A stretch of DNA of 59,407 bases from Chiloscyllium plagiosum (taxonomy: Eukaryota): positions 13,088,322 to 13,147,728 of the forward strand of contig NC_057751.1 of NCBI RefSeq assembly GCF_004010195.1, in the 5' to 3' direction. How positions within the stretch are numbered: position 1 is the stretch's first letter; each line of letters begins with the position of its first letter. Positions 52,601 to 59,407 of this stretch are shown here, one piece after another. The translations under genes were made by a program, and so were the position numbers. The notes below the pieces were generated by a model that made no database searches, was not told the origin of the DNA, and saw only the letters and a list, made by a program, of their open reading frames with translations.

Positions 52601-54802
52601 GAGCTTCTGTTTAACTAGCCACTTTGGTAATAGGAGTAAGTGGCTGCTAGCACTTGCAATGCCTATTTCATAGCAAACCAGGGCTTTAGAAAAGGTGAAG
52701 AAAGGTAACCCGGTGACTGAAATGGGTAATACGAATAGAATACTGAACAAACTCCAAGATGGGGAAATAGAGTAACTTCCGAAAAAGCATAGCATCTACA
52801 TCTTAGTGCTTTTTAGCATGAGTTTTCAGGAAGCTAGAACAGGGAAACGAGCAGACACTGCAAAAATCAAAACACGTCAACCCTTCATAGAACATTCGAC
52901 AAACCTTGGGTGGTATTGTACTCTCACACAGATGAGGAAACTGATCTGTCCTGATACTTGAACAATGGCTTTGAAAATACAACCTTCAGTGTGCTGACCT
53001 CCAATTATAAACCTCTTGTTCTAGATGGATAGATAGACAGAGAGTGAATTGAAGATGAATCTTAGATCATCGGTTAGGTTTAGGGTGGACCAACAATGCT
53101 GGACTACGTAATTTCTTGATTCCGAATATGCCCCACGTAATTACCAGCACTCGTCACTCAAACAAAATAGTCTCCAAAAACAAAAAAAGGAACAGTTACT
53201 CCCAGTAGAATGTGCTGGAGGGACATTGCTGCAAACACAAAGCTGTGCATGCTTAAAATCACAATGAGGAAGCTTGCTATGAACTCAGCTAACTTTTCAG
53301 TATTCACAGTTAATCATGAATTTTAATTATGATGATATTAACTGTAATTGAAGATTGCAAATCAAATAGCAATGATTAAAACGATAGCCCTAAAAGAACT
53401 TTATGCATGGTAAAAGAAATGGTACAATATAGGTGTTTTGTGCAGGAAGAGCTGAAGTATCCATGGCAATAATTGTAACTATCCCTTACCATGTCACTTC
53501 ACTAACTAAAAATGACGTTTTATGCATTTCAACACTTAGATTTCTCCATGAACTGGAGCCACATAGATCTTTCTCAGCAGTATAACTCACGGTTCCTGGA
53601 AACCGATAGAACTGTCCAACCTCCAGATTTAGAATCGACAGCTGTTATTTGGAAGCTTACCTTTAAAGAAGCCCGAAGACTTAAAAAGGATGGCAATTAG
53701 AGATCGTCAAATAAGGACTGCATTACTACGTCTTGAACAGAATGAGTTTTCAACACAAGCTTTTATTAAAAGCCTTCTGAGAAATCAACAGCACTGGCTA
53801 ATGCAATTATTTGCTCTGCACTGAGTTTTCCATTGAGTACCATGGTTTCATCCAGAGCCACAAAATAATAGTCTGAAAATCTATATATTCATGCAAGTTC
53901 ACATGCAAACCAAAAACGATATAATCTTTGAGGTGTTCTTCTTACAATCCATTCGCTATCACTGTACAAAAGGAAGTGGATTAGAATCTTGATAAAAGTT
54001 GGGATCCAAATATCAAACTGGGGACTTAACTAAGCGACGGCAGACGAACAGCTGAGTGAGACCCAATTTAAAGTTTGGCACCAAACAAAACGGAAAACCG
54101 ATGGAGCTCGAAATTTATTTTTGTTGGGGGAAAAAAAATTGGCTCAACTGCAACATCGGAATTCCTTCGGGTAGAATATAAAGATGTCGTCGGGCAAATA
54201 CAAAATACACTTGAATATTCATGAGAGGAACTCGCCTAATTAACACAGAATGTTGGTCAGATTACTTTCTTTTTGTGCTGTTTGAAAGGGGTTGTTAACT
54301 TTTCACTCACCACCTCCCCAACCCGCCCCAAAACAAATTGCGGGCACAAACCGTCTACAATAACAACACTTCCAAGAACTACTGAATGAACGAACGCGTT
54401 AACTTCTTTTCTCTCGCCCTCATACCAAATGCGGAGTTGAAATAGGGGGAGCGGAAACGTGCAGATCGCAGAAATTTTAATCCCGTGTCGCCCTGGGAAG
54501 TTTAATGCTGGGACCCGCAGTCAATGCGGATCACGTTGACCGGCATTCAGATCACTCTAGCGTAAGTAGATGGAGATATTTCATCATGCATCAGCAGCCT
54601 CATGTCCGGCGCCTATCAAACAAGAAAGATGGGGTTTTCTCCTCCCACTGCACGCAAAAACCGGCAACCACATCCTCAACCTGCGACATGAAACGGGGGA
54701 GGGGGTGGGGGAAGATACCGACCTAAAGCCGCTCAGGTGAAGCTGGCGGTGAAAACAGAGCCTACCCAGGCTGCTGCGAAAAAGCCAGCTGCTATGTGCC
54801 AT
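34547..54802 (-). CDS. MTHFD2: MTHFD2 mitochondrial bifunctional methylenetetrahydrofolate dehydrogenase/cyclohydrolase, complete 8-exon gene (993 nt, 330 aa)
   Basis: Exons of 80/185/123/153/108/93/126/125 nt join in frame; motifs [50 protein letters not shown]; Arg/Ser-rich acid-free presequence; NEAVVISGR and [16 protein letters not shown] favour MTHFD2 over MTHFD2L. Confidence 0.95.
35798..36095 (-). mobile_element. HE1-like V-SINE, full length, young
   Basis: A/B boxes (GGTGGCACAGTGG, GGTTCAATTCC), V domain, (TCTAA)n tail. Confidence 0.88.
36100..37920 (+). mobile_element. CR1/L2-clade LINE fragment with degraded RT and complete 3' tail
   Basis: [43 protein letters not shown]; tail CTCACCACCACCTTCAAGGGCAACTAGGGACAGGCAATAAATGCTGGCC. 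Confidence 0.85.
37757..37828. repeat. Perfect 36-bp tandem duplication inside the LINE tail
   Basis: GCCTCCCTAATGTGGGTCAAACCACAACAGGTAGAC x2. Confidence 0.95.
40307..40432 (-). CDS. MTHFD2: MTHFD2 exon 7
   Basis: [24 protein letters not shown]...GDVDFE; attgcag / gtaaat. Confidence 0.95.
41748..41843 (+). mobile_element. Internally deleted HE1-like SINE (head fused to tail)
   Basis: GGGCAGCACGGTGGCTCAG..GGTTAGCA followed directly by tail sequence GAAGGGCCTG..CATACTGTAGGGAATCTAATCTAA. Confidence 0.7.
42135..42227 (-). CDS. MTHFD2: MTHFD2 exon 6
   Basis: [31 protein letters not shown]; cttgcag / gtgagc. Confidence 0.95.
44114..44386 (-). mobile_element. HE1-like V-SINE, 5'-truncated
   Basis: Nearly identical to the 35798-36095 copy over V domain and tail. 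Confidence 0.85.
45169..45276 (-). CDS. MTHFD2: MTHFD2 exon 5
   Basis: [36 protein letters not shown]; catccag / gtgagg. Confidence 0.95.
45399..45530 (+). mobile_element. tRNA-derived SINE head, different family, degraded
   Basis: B-box-like GGTTCAAATCCCA preceded by a degenerate tRNA-like head. Confidence 0.5.
46036..46188 (-). CDS. MTHFD2: MTHFD2 exon 4
   Basis: [12 protein letters not shown]...WEIIQRT; ttcctag / gtaatc. Confidence 0.95.
48778..48900 (-). CDS. MTHFD2: MTHFD2 exon 3
   Basis: [12 protein letters not shown]...[11 protein letters not shown]; aaacag / gtaaga. Confidence 0.95.
51361..51545 (-). CDS. MTHFD2: MTHFD2 exon 2
   Basis: [12 protein letters not shown]...KTKAAADV; tttcag / gtatgg. 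Confidence 0.95.
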
Positions 54803-55200
54803 GCTTCTACTTGCGTTGACCAGACACAGAAGGATATTCTCCACCGCCTTTTACATCTCCTTGACGTCCGCAAAAGGCGGGTTGGAGGTTGTTAACCCCC
54901 GCCCCTGGCGGAACCCAATTGGCTGCCCCGTGCCAACGTCACCCCCGGCGAGCCCCCTGCTGATGTGCCTGTCCGTCAACTGTTTCCATTTCGGTTACCG
55001 CGCAACAAACATTACGTCACCAGTTTTGACGTTCCCTGACCTCTTGCGGCGGGAGAGGGCGAGTCAGGCATGTTCATAGCGCTTCTGCAAGAGAATTACA
55101 GCCACGGTGGCTCTGATTTGGGAAAACAAGATGGTTTGTGCTGCGTGGAAGTCCGTGTTACACCGTGAATAAACGATGGAACCGACATGAGGCTGCCACA
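54380..55200 (-). promoter_or_regulatory. CpG-rich MTHFD2 promoter / first-exon region with CRE half-sites, CCAAT and GC-box-like motifs
   Basis: Sharp rise in CpG density around exon 1; TGACG/CGTCA near 54862, 54937, 54974, 55015, 55027; CCAATTGG at about 54915; CCCCGCCCC at about 54897. Confidence 0.75.
54723..54802 (-). CDS. MTHFD2: MTHFD2 exon 1 coding part ([27 protein letters not shown]), mitochondrial targeting peptide
   Basis: AGCATGG Kozak context; AG|gtcggt donor; phase 2 matches exon 2. Confidence 0.88.
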
Positions 55201-56014
55201 GGCTTCTTTCACGACCCCTCAGATCTACCATCCACTCCAAGACAACCAACATGATCTCACTTATATTGCAACTAGCAATCATTTAGCTATGTTTAATATT
55301 TCAATGAGTCCTCTTTACTCCGCCGAACTGCAAAATAGCATACGTCATGTCAAGAACAAAACCTCCACCGTTCACCGTGATCAAACAACGTCCAATACCT
55401 AAACATTAGTCACTGATTATTAGGCAAAAGTGTAGTTCTAAATACCGTAGTCGCCACCGCCGGGAGAGTCTTCGAAGACTCATCGGCACAGATGACGACC
55501 TTCTTCCATTCCAGTTTTGAGTAAACTAGCCAATGCTGGATCGAGACAGCGTAAAAGTGGAGATGGGATGCCTGAGGTTTTGTGTTTGGCCTGCACCAGC
55601 ACGTTTGGAAATGGTCAATAGGCACAGATAATTCTCTGGCGTGATAGTGCAGGAGATCTATTTCAGGTCATGGACAGGTTGTATTTCTTCGGGAAGACTG
55701 CGCGTTCCGGAAATGTTTCTTTTGCTGCTGCTTGCCGCTTGTACGTGAAAAGGCAGAGGGAAAGGGTTTGATTAACTCGTACCTCTATTCTGGATTGATA
55801 AGCGTCAGATAGTGCAACGCCTATTCTGCTATTTTGATCCACCACACAGCCATGATGCTTCCTATTGATGTGGACCTCGTGCATAGGAAAAGCTATGCAC
55901 AGGAAACTATTCAGGCTATATCCGTTTAAAGACTTCCTAGTTATGTTCCCACGCGGAGGTTTTTTTTAAACGCTGTCTCATTGTTCGAGCCGCTGGAACT
56001 TCCATTGGCATAAC

Positions 56015-56620
56015 TGATCAAGATTTTGTTATTCTGAGGTAACCTTCATTGCTGTCCACTACACCATCAATTTTGTTGTCATCTGCGAACTTACTAACCC
56101 TACCTCGTACATTCACACCCAAATCACTTATATAAATAAGGAAAAGCCGTAGAGCCAGCATTGATCCTTGTTGCACACCACTGGTCACAGGCCTCCAGTC
56201 TGACAACTCTCCATCAGCCGGTCTTCTACCTTCAAGCTAGTTATGTATCCAAAAGACGAGCTCTCTCTGGATTCCATATGATCTAATCTTGCTAACCAGT
56301 CTACCACTGAAGTTGATCCAGACATTCACTGTGCTACCTTCAATTGTGTCATTTCTAAAAATTAAACTCCCCGTGCACAATGGCATGTTGACTATCCCCA
56401 ATCATTCCTTGCTTTTCCAAATGCAAATTAATCTTGTGCCTCAATCTTCTCCAATAACTTATCCAGTGACATCAGGTTAACTAGTTTGTAGTCCCCTGGC
56501 TTTTCCTTACCACCTTCCTTAAATAACATATTAGCCACCCTCATTTTCCAGTACCTCATCCATAGATATCAACAATACAAATATCGCAGCAGGACTCAAT
56601 CACCTACCTAGTTTCCTACG
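56015..56620 (-). mobile_element. CR1-like LINE RT fragment
   Basis: SDWRPVTSGVQQGSML...FLIYISDL...KFADDNKI. Confidence 0.85.
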
Positions 56621-56989
56621 AAGATTGGCAAAAACCAGTAGACAATGAATCATTTCACATTATTTGAAACGCATTCAAATCCCCTTATGTTCCAACAGTG
56701 GTAGTATCTGTACTTCTGAATGAGGACAGGTTCAAGCACCACCTTGCCCACAGATATTAAATATCATCTCTGATGATTACAATGAGCAAGTCTGACTTAG
56801 GGAAATCTGTTTTTCTGACCCTGATATCCAATAGTTATATGCAGCAAGGCTCTTACAGTCATATCCTGATGTCAGAGGCATGAGAACCAAGTTCAGGTCA
56901 CACCTCGGAAGAGGGTTAACAACTTGACCTTGTCTAAACGTTTTCCAGCCAACAGCCAGACATTTCATGGCAGCAAATATGTCAAGGTC

Positions 56990-58132
56990 ACAGATGTACA
57001 TCACAGAAACAGACTCTTCAGTGCAACTCACCCGTACTGACCAGATATCCCAACCCAATCTAGTCCCACCTGCCACCACCCGGCCCCTCTCTCCAAACTC
57101 TTCCTATTCACATACCCATCCAGATGCCTTATAAATTTTGCAATTGTACTTGCCTCCACCACTTCCTCTGGCAGCCCAGTCGACCCTCACACACACCACC
57201 TTTGAGTGAAAAAGTTGCCCTTAGGCCCCTTTTATATCTTACCCCTCTCACCCTAAACCATGCCCTCGCGTTCTGGACTCCCTCACCCCAGGGAAAAGAC
57301 CTTGTCTATTTATTGTATTCGTGCCTCTCAAATTTTATAAACCTCTATAAAAGGTAATCTCTCCGCCTCCGACACTCCAGGGAAAACAGCCTTCGGTTAC
57401 TCAACCTCTCCCTATAGCTCAAACCCTCGAACCCTGGCAACATCCTTGAAAGTCTTTTCAGAACCCTTTCGAGTTTCACAGCATCTTTCCAGTAGGAAGA
57501 CCAGAATTGCAGACATTCCAAAAAAAATGGCCTAACCAATATCCTGTACAGTTGCAACATTACAGCCCAACTCCTGTCTTCAATACTTTGACCAAAGGAA
57601 AGCATATCAAACACCTTCTTCACTATCCTATCCATCGGAGACTCCACTTTCAAAGAACTATAAACCTGCACTCCAAGGACTTAGTACTCCATAGGAACTT
57701 ACCATTCAGTGTATATTGTGCTAAGATTTGCTTTCCCAAAATGCAGCACCTTGCACTTATCTAAGACTCCATCTGCCACTCCTCAGCCCATTAGCTAATC
57801 TGATCAAGATCCCATTGTAATCAGAGGTAACCTTCTTCGCTGTGCACTACATCTCCAATTTTGGTGTAATCTGCAAACTTACAAAACGATGTCGTAAGTT
57901 CACATCCAATATCATTTTTAGAAATGACAAAAAGTAGTGGACCCAGCATCGATCCACTGGTCACAGGCCTCCAAGCTGAAAAACCCTCCACCACAACCTT
58001 GTCTTCTACCTGTGAGCCAGGTCTGTACGCAAATGGAGAGTTCTCCCTGTATACCATGAGCTCTAGCCTTGCTAACTACTCTCCCATGGGGAACCTTGTC
58101 GAACACCTTACTGAAGTCCACATAAAGTCTAT
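56990..58132 (-). mobile_element. CR1/HER1-like LINE 3' fragment
   Basis: YVDFSKVFDKVPHGR, WRPVTSGSMLGPLLF, KFADYTKIG, LYRILVRP. Confidence 0.9.
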
Positions 58133-58860
58133 GTCCTGACATGAACTGTCATACTGCTGAAAAATTCTATTTTGGAACCAAATACTGGTACAGGCAATAC
58201 CACCTAAAAGGAACACCTTGACATCAGCTGGTAAGGCATGGCAAAGGATTGGGAGACAAACTGACAATGCAAAACAAAACAAAAAGAAAAAAAAGGAACA
58301 CAAGCCCTTTTTTTCCCCCCTCAAAAAGGAGCACTTGTGGTTCTTGAATCCTGCAAAATTTTTCACCAACTACCCAATTTAGCTACTCTGAATTTTGACT
58401 AACTACATCATAAAACCTTCATGTTTTCATCCTGGCATGGAAATAAAGATTGCAGTCCAACCATGGCTGTCCCTTCAAATCACCCATAAAACGTTTTTGC
58501 AATCTGTGATAATGTTATGCCAAAACAGGACAAAACCCCCAAAATCTATACATTCATTGTAACTAGTTAGCTTTTTTTCTAGGATACAAAATTGCAACAA
58601 GTGTATAGTAACGTGGATTGCCATAAAGTCTGCACCATCTGTTGACTTGATCATTTTATTTTGCCATGTCCTTCCAAACCCATTTAGTCATTTTAAAATG
58701 TCTTGTGAAATTTAATCTACCACTGAACCACCAATTTCCACTGATACAACTGGTGTCTTCTGAAGGTCAGCATTTGTCACATAACAATATCTTCAAGCCC
58801 GATCAGCAGGTTTGGAAAGGTGTCCTGCACAACCAAGTCTAGAATAAATCAAGAAAACCA

Positions 58861-59407
58861 GAGGGGGGGATCCAAGATGGCGGCGACCCAGTAAGACTGA
58901 GTCTATAGTGCTCCTCCCAAGACTTGGGCACCAAATCATTTATAAATCATTTATAATAGTTTAGTAACTCAATTAGTTGTGTAATATTATATTTAAACAA
59001 CTTAATCCTAAGTTAAAATGACTAAAGGGAAGGGAGCCCGCAGCTCTCAGCAAGCAGGAACCCCTCCCCCACACTCTCCAGCTGCAGCAGAGGCGTCCAC
59101 AGCCGCCCCGGGGGACTTCCTACAGTAGCAAGTCTTGCAGAAATGCTTTCCAAGCTTGACTCGAAGATCGATGCTTTTATCGTCGAATCCAGAAACCGTT
59201 GGGAGTCGCTCTCGGCCGCGCTGAAGAAGCACGACCGTGAAATTGATGAAATTCAACGCCGAGTCGGAGGGGCGGAGCTAAAGGCCGCAACCTCGGAGAC
59301 AACTGCTCAATCGGCCGTGGATCAGGTCCGGACTCTCGAGCAGCGAGTCCGGACCTTGGAAAATCATATTGACGACCTCGATAATCAAGGTCGCCGAAAA
59401 AATATTC
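58861..59407 (+). mobile_element. L1 (LINE-1) retrotransposon 5' end: 5'UTR with YY1 site and frameshifted ORF1
   Basis: Begins GAGGGGGGGATCCAAGATGGCGGCG; ATG at 59018; downstream frame encodes a coiled coil ending LENHIDDLDNQGRRKNI (L1 ORF1p motif); CpG-rich, so young. Confidence 0.85.

Noticed and set aside
34547..54802. MTHFD2L or bacterial folD
   Set aside because: Spliceosomal introns, a mitochondrial presequence and MTHFD2-type residues ([22 protein letters not shown]) fit MTHFD2.
54803..54844. N-terminal extension of MTHFD2 from the ORF-track start at 54844
   Set aside because: It starts at a GTG; the ATG at 54802 has a good Kozak context and gives a typical presequence.
58861..58900. 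CAAGATGGCGGCG as the start codon of a neighbouring gene such as MOB1A
   Set aside because: The frame stops after five codons (ATG GCG GCG ACC CAG TAA) and the context is an L1 5' end.

Overview
Eukaryotic, AT-rich, repeat-dense vertebrate genomic DNA. The repeat families (HE1-type V-SINEs, CR1/HER1-like LINEs, Penelope-derived palindromes) point to an elasmobranch (shark/ray); this is an inference. Two genes lie tail-to-tail. On + is the 3' half of SLC4A5 (NBCe2, electrogenic Na+/HCO3- cotransporter; exons from 870 to the last stop at 28531; the gene starts upstream of the window). On - is a complete 8-exon MTHFD2 (54802->34547, 330 aa) with a CpG-rich promoter. The window ends in the 5' end of an L1 retrotransposon. 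Most listed ORFs are noise or repeat fragments; exons were defined by hand from GT-AG sites and reading phase. Main observations: (1) two tandem, homologous, intact 114-nt SLC4A5 exons (7391-7504 and 8590-8703) encode alternative TM7/EL4 segments and look like mutually exclusive exons, each with a very long AG-free upstream zone; (2) a frameshifting cassette exon, a dual-frame exon and a 45-nt microexon predict at least 2-3 C-termini, one ending in the PDZ ligand ETTL; (3) Penelope-derived inverted repeats carry minimal hammerhead-ribozyme cores; (4) clustered CRE/ATF4-type sites surround the MTHFD2 start. Comparisons with human or fish proteins are from memory; no searches were run.
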